Origin: a virus
Lineage: Duplodnaviria; Caudoviricetes
Reading direction: 5' to 3' (one strand)
Length of the DNA stretch: 64,000 nucleotides
Virus record (IMG/VR): IMGVR_UViG_3300021958_008980
Coordinates: 1-64,000 of that record
Position 1 is the first letter of the stretch, and each line of letters begins with the position of its first letter. Positions 45,012 through 53,011 of this stretch are shown here, piece by piece. The translations under genes and the position numbers were made by a program. The notes below the pieces were generated by a model. It did no database searches. It saw nothing but the letters and a program-made list of their open reading frames with translations, and was not told the origin of the DNA.

Positions 45012-46290
45012 ATTTTTCAAATAGTTCCTTCCATTCGGGAAACACATCTAGTGTGTTTTCGTTTCGTATAGAATCATACTTTCTTGTCTGCGAAAAAAAA
45101 TTATCTAGATGTTTTTGATTGTCTGTGGCCATCATCCATTCTATTGCAGACTGATATCCTTTGGTTGCCCTGGTAAGATGATCCTGACCTTGCAACCATT
45201 TCATGTGCGATTCATATTTCTCCTTCACCGCTTGTTTGTACTCCGCTGGTAGCAAATCCATTCTCTGCCACGTGGGGTGTTGTAAAAGATTGAAATTGAA
45301 ATCCTGTGGTTTTATTAGTCCCTGATCTACCCAACTCTTATGGAAATCTGTTACGTGTAGGCTGTTTATTAATCCGACTGTCGAACTGATATAAAAATCC
45401 ACCTGTGGACATATTTCCATCATTCTTTTCCTGTTGTCAACTATTTCTTTCCACACCGTGCCTTTACGCATCAGTTCTGCACGTGGTCCTTCCGCATCTA
45501 GACTGGCTCCTATGCTTACCGAATCAAACTTGTTCCATAACTCGAACACATCTATATCTTTGAATTTGGTCCTGCTGAAATTTGTGTTGTATATCAACCT
45601 AACGTGATACATTTTTCTTTTGTCTAACTCCTTAAGTATGCGATAGTGCTCTTCCATCATTATTGGTTCACCACCCGCAAAGTAAAACTGCTCTGTGTGT
45701 TCAAACTGTTCCAACATCTGCTCCCAAAGATCGTCGGTGTGTCTTCCTACCCTCATTATTTTTGCGTGGGGAGGTGGACTGCCTGTAAGTTTTTTATGGT
45801 CCTCGTACCAATTGGAACTGAACCATGTTCCACAACTCCTGCAGGCCATGTTACATATGTTTGAGAAACGTATGTCCCAATACTTCATTACGAAATCCGC
45901 TGTGCCGTCAGGCTGTGTGTTGTTTACTAAAGGAATATTGTGACCAAAGTGTTTGTTTGAACTCAATCGCAAACTGAAAAATCCAGACTTTTCTTGGTCA
46001 TAACATTTGAGGCATTCACGCGATTTCTTATTGTTCAACATTCTTACACGCATTTCTTTCATTTTTTCTCCATTGAAGACTTCCGAAAGACTCTGTTCGT
46101 TAAGATTTCCTACAGGATAAGGATCGAAAGCAAAACAGCATGGATAGGCTCTTCCGTCCGGGTATGCATGAATGTGCATCCATGGCAACATACAGAATGT
46201 GTCACTTTCTAAAAGTAACTCCTTTTCTTTTGCAGTCATGTCGTCTATTTTAAGTTTTACGGGCTCCTTTGCCCCATACTCATATGCCAC
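45001..46290 (-). CDS. radical SAM protein with N-terminal twitch/SPASM-like domain
   Basis: CMLPW...PCC...CLKC; CNMACRSC; GGEP; GTG start. Confidence 0.92.
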   Translation of the reverse strand: MAYEYGAKEPVKLKIDDMTAKEKELLLESDTFCMLPWMHIHAYPDGRAYPCCFAFDPYPVGNLNEQSLSEVFNGEKMKEMRVRMLNNKKSRECLKCYDQEKSGFFSLRLSSNKHFGHNIPLVNNTQPDGTADFVMKYWDIRFSNICNMACRSCGTWFSSNWYEDHKKLTGSPPPHAKIMRVGRHTDDLWEQMLEQFEHTEQFYFAGGEPIMMEEHYRILKELDKRKMYHVRLIYNTNFSRTKFKDIDVFELWNKFDSVSIGASLDAEGPRAELMRKGTVWKEIVDNRKRMMEICPQVDFYISSTVGLINSLHVTDFHKSWVDQGLIKPQDFNFNLLQHPTWQRMDLLPAEYKQAVKEKYESHMKWLQGQDHLTRATKGYQSAIEWMMATDNQKHLDNFFSQTRKYDSIRNENTLDVFPEWKELFEKYEK

Positions 46291-47623
46291 GGTACCATTC
46301 TCCTATAATTGGGAAAGTTTTTTCAAAATCTTTTCCTGTTCTATTATCATATTGGCTGTAGAAAGTTTTAAAATCTTTCTGTAATTTTTCCTGTGCGGCC
46401 GCACCTGCGTGGGGTGTTTTCACAACATCCAAATAATCGATAAGTCTTTGCGTTTGATTCACTTCCATGCCCTCTAACCATTTCTCATTAGTAGTTAAGA
46501 ACTTTTGGAGGTCTCCTTTAAATTTATTCCTTAGGTCGTCTGGTAGTACAAGAGGCGATTGAAAACTAGGAAATCTCAAAATGTTCAAAGTGAAATTCAT
46601 TGTTGGTCCATAGACTTTACCTGCACCTTTGAACCATACAAGTTTCTCTAAAAACTCCGGAAGTGATTCCAAACACAATGCGTTTATTGTGGCCATGTTG
46701 TGTATTTCAGACGGCACCTTGTCTACCATCATGTGTAGAACTTGACTATGCCAATCACCATAATCTAATCCGTCTCTTATGTATTCGGCCTGACCAAATA
46801 TTGCTTCACAACTAGTGTACAAGTGAAAATTTTTAAAATTTTTTAATTTTGTTTTAAATCTATCGATGATGCTTTGCTTTGCTCCCAGATTGGAGTTTAT
46901 TGCAATACGCATTTTTGGATTCATCCTGTCACCCTGTGTTTCAATCCAATCCAGCAGTCTCCATAAATTCGGTGACATCATGGGCTCACCACCTGTGATC
47001 CTTAATTCGTCCAAACTTTTATGCAAGTCAGTCTCCCACCATTTATAGAACGCCTCAACATAGGGATTGTGTTCATCCTTCTTGTATGGTTCTGCCGATT
47101 CATGGCTGTGGGTGTAGTGATTCCTTCCATCTGATGTAAGTCCTGCGTACGGTCCATGCTGTTTTATATTGTTGGCCCAAGTAGAACTGAACGCTGGATT
47201 GCAGTATGTACAAGCAAACTGACACGTCCTATCGAAGGCGATCTCCAGTGTTTTCAGGTTACAGTCTACATCGTGGCCAGAGTCGAATGCTTCTTTAAGG
47301 TGTTCATCATCGAAAATCCTGGATTTGTACACCCTATCACTGATTGCATCACGACCTATGTCTTCAATTTTCCAGCAGTACTCACACCCTGCTGGTCTTT
47401 CTCCGTTCTGCATCTGCCTGCGCTGTTCTTTTTTTTCTTTTGTGTTGTGTATAGCACTTGGATTGTCTTTTATAGCCTGCAAATCTATCTTGTGCGGTAA
47501 CGGATGGTGACAACTTGTTGTCATTCCTGATCCCAGCCATATCGTTGCATTGTACCACTTGGCTCCACAGAAACTTGCGGATTTCGTGTCCAGTACCTGG
47601 CGTTTGTATTCTAGATCATTCAT
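46280..47623 (-). CDS. radical SAM protein with N-terminal twitch/SPASM-like domain (C-x-AKW subtype)
   Basis: CGAKW...SCHH...CEYCW; CQFACTYC; GGEP; likely ATG at 47623. Confidence 0.92.
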   Translation of the reverse strand: MNDLEYKRQVLDTKSASFCGAKWYNATIWLGSGMTTSCHHPLPHKIDLQAIKDNPSAIHNTKEKKEQRRQMQNGERPAGCEYCWKIEDIGRDAISDRVYKSRIFDDEHLKEAFDSGHDVDCNLKTLEIAFDRTCQFACTYCNPAFSSTWANNIKQHGPYAGLTSDGRNHYTHSHESAEPYKKDEHNPYVEAFYKWWETDLHKSLDELRITGGEPMMSPNLWRLLDWIETQGDRMNPKMRIAINSNLGAKQSIIDRFKTKLKNFKNFHLYTSCEAIFGQAEYIRDGLDYGDWHSQVLHMMVDKVPSEIHNMATINALCLESLPEFLEKLVWFKGAGKVYGPTMNFTLNILRFPSFQSPLVLPDDLRNKFKGDLQKFLTTNEKWLEGMEVNQTQRLIDYLDVVKTPHAGAAAQEKLQKDFKTFYSQYDNRTGKDFEKTFPIIGEWYRGI

Positions 47624-48990
47624 GAGTTCTTGCACTCCTCCCAGAACTCCTCCATCTCAGGAAATGTGTTCAAGAACCGTGTCAGACGTCTTCTGTCATG
47701 TTCGTTAAAAAATGCGTAAAAGTTTTTCTTGTTTTGCGTACTTGTGTCCGCGTTGTCGCGCCAGAAAGCGAGATTCCTTTGCATCTTCTGTATCTCGAAG
47801 TCTTTGAATATGTGCAGGCCCTTTTCCTCTCCGGAGTTGGCCTTCATGTACTCTATGTTGGCCTCATGGATGGCCTGATATGACTCTGGCAGGATGGTGA
47901 TCTGTTGCCATGCGGGCTGTCTCAACAGTGGCACGTCAAACCATACCCTCTGGTAGGTCTTTGAGTAACGTTTACGCAGTTCCATTATCTTCTCCAGCAG
48001 TCGGTCCATGCTGGTGATACTGAGGTTGTTGTAGGTGCATATGAATGTGATGGAATTACGCACAGGTATCCTGTCAAGGAACTCCTCCACGTTGTCCATC
48101 ATGTAGTTGAAATCTAGTCCGTCACGTATGTACTCTGCCCGTTTGCCATATGCATCCACGGACACGAACTGCATCATGTGTTCCACCTTCTCCTCCATGC
48201 AGATGTTCTGTGCCATGTTGAAGTATTTCTCTTTCAATTTCTTGTCGGCCGGACACATGTTGCTGGTAACGTTGAGGTGTAGGTCCTGTTTGGGGTGATC
48301 CATTACGTATTGTAGCACACGATAAGTGTTCTTGTCCATCATGGGCTCACCTCCGGTCATCCTGAAGTGCTTGAGGTTCTTGTACAGCGTTGGCCACCAC
48401 TTCCAGAACGCGGTCACGTATGGGTTCTCCTCACGGTTGGGTATCGGCCTTCTGCGACCCTGAAAATGCTCGGGAGCGTTGTGTGGAGGTGTCGTCGGGT
48501 ACTCGCCGTAGGTTTCCACCTCCTTGGCCCACGTTGTCGAGAACTGTGGCGAACAATAACTACACCTGAAGTTGCAGGCGTTGTTGAAGTTGACCTCAAC
48601 GTACCTGGGCGTGTGCCTTTCGTCTATAGGATTGTCTTTGATCTTGTCGAAGTCCTGGATTGCCCATGGTTCACCCGAACGGTAGTGCCTGTCAGACATC
48701 TCACCGGTCTTCTCTATGTTCCAACAATAACTGCAACCATCTGGTTTTTCGCCGGACAGCATCTGTTCACGCTGTCGCATTTTCTCCTGGGTGTTGTGCA
48801 GTGCCGCTGGATTGTCCTTCAATTGATCCGCATCTATCTCGTGCAGTGGCGGATGGTAGCAACTGTTGGTAAGTCCAGTGGGTAGGTGCAGTGACGTCTG
48901 GTTCCACTTGGCCAGGCACATCGTGGGTGAAACCTGCTCAAGTTTCTTCTGTGCCGCCATTGCATCACTGCTGTACTTACTTGTACTCAC
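47620..48990 (-). CDS. radical SAM protein with N-terminal twitch/SPASM-like domain (C-x-AKW subtype)
   Basis: CLAKW...SCYH...CSYCW; CNFRCSYC; GGEP; GTG start. Confidence 0.92.
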   Translation of the reverse strand: MSTSKYSSDAMAAQKKLEQVSPTMCLAKWNQTSLHLPTGLTNSCYHPPLHEIDADQLKDNPAALHNTQEKMRQREQMLSGEKPDGCSYCWNIEKTGEMSDRHYRSGEPWAIQDFDKIKDNPIDERHTPRYVEVNFNNACNFRCSYCSPQFSTTWAKEVETYGEYPTTPPHNAPEHFQGRRRPIPNREENPYVTAFWKWWPTLYKNLKHFRMTGGEPMMDKNTYRVLQYVMDHPKQDLHLNVTSNMCPADKKLKEKYFNMAQNICMEEKVEHMMQFVSVDAYGKRAEYIRDGLDFNYMMDNVEEFLDRIPVRNSITFICTYNNLSITSMDRLLEKIMELRKRYSKTYQRVWFDVPLLRQPAWQQITILPESYQAIHEANIEYMKANSGEEKGLHIFKDFEIQKMQRNLAFWRDNADTSTQNKKNFYAFFNEHDRRRLTRFLNTFPEMEEFWEECKNS

Positions 48991-49873
48991 GATCTTGCAC
49001 TCCCTTGTTTTTGTGAGGATTCATTGCGAACTTAAAGAACTTGCTGTCTTCCGCTGTGAAATCTGCGAGCGGCACATCCATTCTTTGCCTCAGGCTCTCT
49101 CCATACAGTCGGAGCGCCTGGTCTATGTCGTTTTCCTCAAAAAATTTGTTATAAACATTTTCCATGTTGTCTAAATCCCTAACGCCTAGGTGATCCAGTC
49201 CGTCCAGCACAGTGTTGTACATGCCTAACCTGGCACCCATCATGGCGTACTTGCCGTTCTCCACATCTGCACCAACGGACATCCACGTGGTGAGTGTCCT
49301 CAGGTTGGGTGGCCATATCTGCTTGGCAAAGTTGTCTGGTTGCAAAGGCCTGCCCTTCGTAGTGCTCATCTTTACACCTTCCCTGTATCCTGCCACGAAC
49401 GCCTGTCTTGGGTCAGCATTTATTACTGTGGTGGAATAGCAGTTGTGCAGGTTCTCGTGTGGTACGCCCCAGCAGAAATCAATCTGGTTCTCATCACTGT
49501 CTGCGTTTTCGTGTGTCCGCATATTGAGGCATGTCTTCTTAGACCAACCTACAAGTCCACCGTTTCCGTATACCAATCCATTTATGTTGTTCAGTGCCCG
49601 CCACCTGTGTACTGCGTTTCTGTCGGTAAGTGTAAAATCCAAAGTCTCCAATAAAAACTGTTCGTGTAATATGTTGTCACCGTCAACAGATATGAAAAAG
49701 TCCGTGTCTGCTACCTCGGCCGCGGCCTTGTGTGCGTTGTCGAAACCAACAACTCCATCAACACGCTTGGCCCATGGCACCTTGTTCCTGAGGTCCGCCC
49801 AATTCTCTTCCTTATTAGGCTCCTTGAAACTGATGTACACGAAATCTAGATCTGCAACTTTTACCTTGTCCAT
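48977..49873 (-). CDS. GT-A fold glycosyltransferase-like protein
   Basis: FVYISFKEP...FFISVDGDN (DxD); likely ATG at 49873. Confidence 0.7.
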   Translation of the reverse strand: MDKVKVADLDFVYISFKEPNKEENWADLRNKVPWAKRVDGVVGFDNAHKAAAEVADTDFFISVDGDNILHEQFLLETLDFTLTDRNAVHRWRALNNINGLVYGNGGLVGWSKKTCLNMRTHENADSDENQIDFCWGVPHENLHNCYSTTVINADPRQAFVAGYREGVKMSTTKGRPLQPDNFAKQIWPPNLRTLTTWMSVGADVENGKYAMMGARLGMYNTVLDGLDHLGVRDLDNMENVYNKFFEENDIDQALRLYGESLRQRMDVPLADFTAEDSKFFKFAMNPHKNKGVQDREYK

Positions 49874-50154
49874 GTGTAACCCCCATCTACCACATCTGTT
49901 GGCCAAAACATATTTCCCTGCAACAGTCCAAGACCTTTGTCTCCTTTTTCCAACATGGAGTATTTTGACCTGGCCTGTTGCTGTGGTCTCCTACAAATTT
50001 CACCTTTTACAATATGGTACTCTGCCTCACCGTTGTTCCTGATTTCATTGAAAAGTTTTGTCGACACCTGGTACTGCTTACCGTCTATGGTCACTTCGGG
50101 TAGTGACTTTTTATGTTCTGGCAATTTTGCGATTGACTCAAAAAATCCTGGCAT
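49861..50154 (-). CDS. hypothetical protein
   Basis: 97 aa; AAGGA RBS; overlaps neighbours. Confidence 0.65.
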   Translation of the reverse strand: MPGFFESIAKLPEHKKSLPEVTIDGKQYQVSTKLFNEIRNNGEAEYHIVKGEICRRPQQQARSKYSMLEKGDKGLGLLQGNMFWPTDVVDGGYTWTR

Positions 50155-50944
50155 AGATGTCCTTTATTGTGTGTTTGTCCACATAGTGCCATGGTCTTGT
50201 CACAGCGTATCCGCCTAAAAACAACTTATTTTCGGCCAAAGTTGGGAGCAGATAGGAATTTTGGTCTATGTGTCTATCCAGTTTGTTAACTGCTTTCTTG
50301 TTGTGTATCATTTTAAACCATGGATAGTTTATCAACTTCCGCTTCACTGGATCCATTATCCTGTATGCCAATGCATACACCATGTCGGTGCTTGGATATC
50401 TATCATGACATCCTATCAGCATCTGTTCACGTACTGTTTTCCAGTTTTTTGTCAAATATTTACAGACGTGACCAAACACCCGAGAAGAAGAACAGTGCCT
50501 GAAATAGGTCAGATCACTATACAAGTTTGGCAGTTGGTTCCTGTCATGGTGTGGCCTATATGTTCTATCCCTGACCAACTTATCTTGGTAATTGTAACAG
50601 TCCACCGAAAACACCAATTCATGCCTGCACAGGTAGTTCCACCACCAATCAGTGTTGGCTGTCCACAGCATGTCCGCGGCAAGTTTGATGGTGTGTTTGA
50701 AAGGTGACATTGTGAATGCCTTGTATTCGTTTGCCCACTTAATATCATCATTTTCGCTTTCGTCATGCCCTAGTATTTGCACTTCATCTATCAAAGGCGA
50801 ATTGATTTTGGTCTTTGAGTCTGTTATCACACACACCTTGTTATATTTGTTGTATCTTTTGATCGACTTTGCCAGTGACAGTGACAGTTCAACGTAATCT
50901 GTCTTGTCGTTATTTTGGCAGAACCATAAAAAACCCTTAGACAT
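50138..50944 (-). CDS. GT-A-like protein (GT8/GT71-like), degenerate DxD
   Basis: SPFKHTIKLAADML aligns with SPYEKTILLDIDY of the adjacent paralog. Confidence 0.65.
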   Translation of the reverse strand: MSKGFLWFCQNNDKTDYVELSLSLAKSIKRYNKYNKVCVITDSKTKINSPLIDEVQILGHDESENDDIKWANEYKAFTMSPFKHTIKLAADMLWTANTDWWWNYLCRHELVFSVDCYNYQDKLVRDRTYRPHHDRNQLPNLYSDLTYFRHCSSSRVFGHVCKYLTKNWKTVREQMLIGCHDRYPSTDMVYALAYRIMDPVKRKLINYPWFKMIHNKKAVNKLDRHIDQNSYLLPTLAENKLFLGGYAVTRPWHYVDKHTIKDIYARIF

Positions 50945-51683
50945 AGGCTACCCCTTTGTCAATAACATGCACATCGTTGTTTTCAATTTGTCCAACACGA
51001 CCTTCGTAATTCCATTTGATGTGGCTTTCTGATATTTCTGTAACAACAGCATTTCCTGGAAGTGTTGGCAGGTTGGTTGGGATGGTCTCATATCCTCGGA
51101 AACCACCAAGTTGGTGGAGAGCGATTGCGAACGCATAATCATTCCTAAAGTTCTTGAAATCTATTCTATAGAGCTCACAGAAATAATTATACCGTTGCTT
51201 TACGTACTTCACCATATCAAAAATTGCTTTCGCTCTCTGCGATTTTTTGAATATGATTGCTGTGGCCCACACCATCGGGATCATGGAATTCCTACTAAAC
51301 CTGTAACTATCATTACCAGTAATATCATGAACCTTGTCGTGTACCATGAAGTCTTGATCTGTGTTTGCCAATGTCAACAGGTATTCCGAAAAGCAAAAGT
51401 AATCTATGTCAAGCAAAATTGTTTTTTCATATGGTGAAAGTTCGTAGGCCCTGTACCTGTCTAAGTTGTGCCATGGTTTCCTGTTTATCTGATTGCCTGT
51501 TTCATTTTCTATCAGTTTGTAGTCTATAAATCCTAGGGGTGGCATACACTTGAACGTGTCTATGTTGGTAACGATTGTTATTGGTAGTCTGAGATACTTC
51601 TTCAACAAAGGCACTGTCTTGGCCGCAATTTTGTCATAGCGGTAGGTGTCGGTGTTGAAGCAATATAACAATACACCTGTCAT
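50937..51683 (-). CDS. GT-A-like glycosyltransferase (GT8/GT71-like)
   Basis: YELSPYEKTILLDIDY (DxD), VWATAIIF, RNDYAFAIAL. Confidence 0.7.
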   Translation of the reverse strand: MTGVLLYCFNTDTYRYDKIAAKTVPLLKKYLRLPITIVTNIDTFKCMPPLGFIDYKLIENETGNQINRKPWHNLDRYRAYELSPYEKTILLDIDYFCFSEYLLTLANTDQDFMVHDKVHDITGNDSYRFSRNSMIPMVWATAIIFKKSQRAKAIFDMVKYVKQRYNYFCELYRIDFKNFRNDYAFAIALHQLGGFRGYETIPTNLPTLPGNAVVTEISESHIKWNYEGRVGQIENNDVHVIDKGVAYV

Positions 51684-51688
51684 ATTGA

Positions 51689-52003
51689 CTAACCCTTTTT
51701 TATTGCTTCTTTGTAAGACTGATGATATCTGTTCAAGGCTTCCTGTTGTTTTCCTATGAGTTTATCCAAAAAATCATCTGGCTCTTCAACCTTCATTGGA
51801 TTGTCGTTACTGTCCAAAACTATAAAGTTTTGAAACTTGTCTTTAAGCACCTGTACAAGATTGATTGTTTGTGCATTGGCCTCGAACAGGTGTCCGGAAT
51901 AGGCCAAAAGCATCGATGACTTTGCTTTCTCTAATGCATTCTTTTTGTTGACTGCTATTCTGTATGATCTGTCAGAGGTATCTTTTAATGTCTGTAAGTC
52001 CAT
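51689..52003 (-). CDS. hypothetical protein heading the glycan island
   Basis: 104 aa directly after a sigma70 promoter. Confidence 0.7.
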   Translation of the reverse strand: MDLQTLKDTSDRSYRIAVNKKNALEKAKSSMLLAYSGHLFEANAQTINLVQVLKDKFQNFIVLDSNDNPMKVEEPDDFLDKLIGKQQEALNRYHQSYKEAIKKG

Positions 52004-52009
52004 ATCACA

Positions 52010-52038
52010 ATTATATTGTAATTATGGAATGATTTCAA
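52010..52038 (-). promoter_or_regulatory. sigma70-type promoter, probably leaderless
   Basis: On the - strand TTGAAA-N17-TATAAT-N6-ATG(52003); TAATTA in spacer. Confidence 0.75.
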
Positions 52039-52050
52039 CCTGAAAAAATA

Positions 52051-53007
52051 TTATGCAGTAGTATTACTTACAATCGCAGTTGAGCTTGGAGCGTACGAAT
52101 TAGCAAGGTGAGTAGAGTCAACATCCAGGGAAATAAGCCTGTGCTCGTGTACTCCGTTCCTGTATGCTGTGTTGTCTGCACTCGCGTCACTGAATGTAAA
52201 GTCAGCAGATCCGTCCGTTTCGGTGATCTTAACGGTAATTGTTACTGAAGAACCTGGTGAGGCATCCAATTTGGCCTCAAACTTGATGTTGTTGGCCGTG
52301 TATGGATAGTTTGCATCCGAAATCTGTAATAGTGTTTGATATGATGTTGTAAGATCATGGAATCCAGTTGTGTTCGCAAAGGAGTCTTGCGTTTCACCTG
52401 AACCAGATCTTAGACAATCTGTTGCCCTAATATCAAAGTTTCCAACAGCAGTGTGTATGCTGTCCCATGCTGTGTCTTTACCCGAAACACCGTCCGTACC
52501 CCCGCTACCGGTTCTCACAGGATCGATCCTGATTCTGCCTCCCGCATTGAAGAAAAATCTCATGTTTGCCGCACTTGAGAAAGTTGCAGACACTTCAGTT
52601 GTGAATGATCCGTACCAGTTCGCACTTGATGCCGGTGCCTGTAGCGATGCAGATGTTGTGGTTGCTGTGGTGTTTACACAACCGCCTGCAACCGATGCCG
52701 CTAATGTGGCAAGGTCTGCCGCAACTGCCGCCTTGATCTTGATCGGATCTCCTGCAGATACCTGTCCCCTTGCTGACAAAGTGTCTCCTGTGTGAGATGC
52801 AATAGTGTCCAGTCCTGAAAAGAAAGTATTCCAGTTAGCCGCTTTAATTGCCGCGCCAACTTCTACTGTTGGAATGTGTGTTTCGCCTAGTCCATATACG
52901 CCTGAGCCTGTGCCAGCGAAATGATTGTATCCATATGGATCAGAACTGCTGTTGACAAATGTGTTGTATTCGTCATCTAAAATTTTTTCACCTGCTACGT
53001 ATCCCAT
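52051..53007 (-). CDS. putative virion structural protein (tail/fibre-associated)
   Basis: Ser/Thr/Ala/Gly-rich beta-type composition; last gene of the tail block. Confidence 0.65.
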   Translation of the reverse strand: MGYVAGEKILDDEYNTFVNSSSDPYGYNHFAGTGSGVYGLGETHIPTVEVGAAIKAANWNTFFSGLDTIASHTGDTLSARGQVSAGDPIKIKAAVAADLATLAASVAGGCVNTTATTTSASLQAPASSANWYGSFTTEVSATFSSAANMRFFFNAGGRIRIDPVRTGSGGTDGVSGKDTAWDSIHTAVGNFDIRATDCLRSGSGETQDSFANTTGFHDLTTSYQTLLQISDANYPYTANNIKFEAKLDASPGSSVTITVKITETDGSADFTFSDASADNTAYRNGVHEHRLISLDVDSTHLANSYAPSSTAIVSNTTA

Positions 53008-53011
53008 AAAA

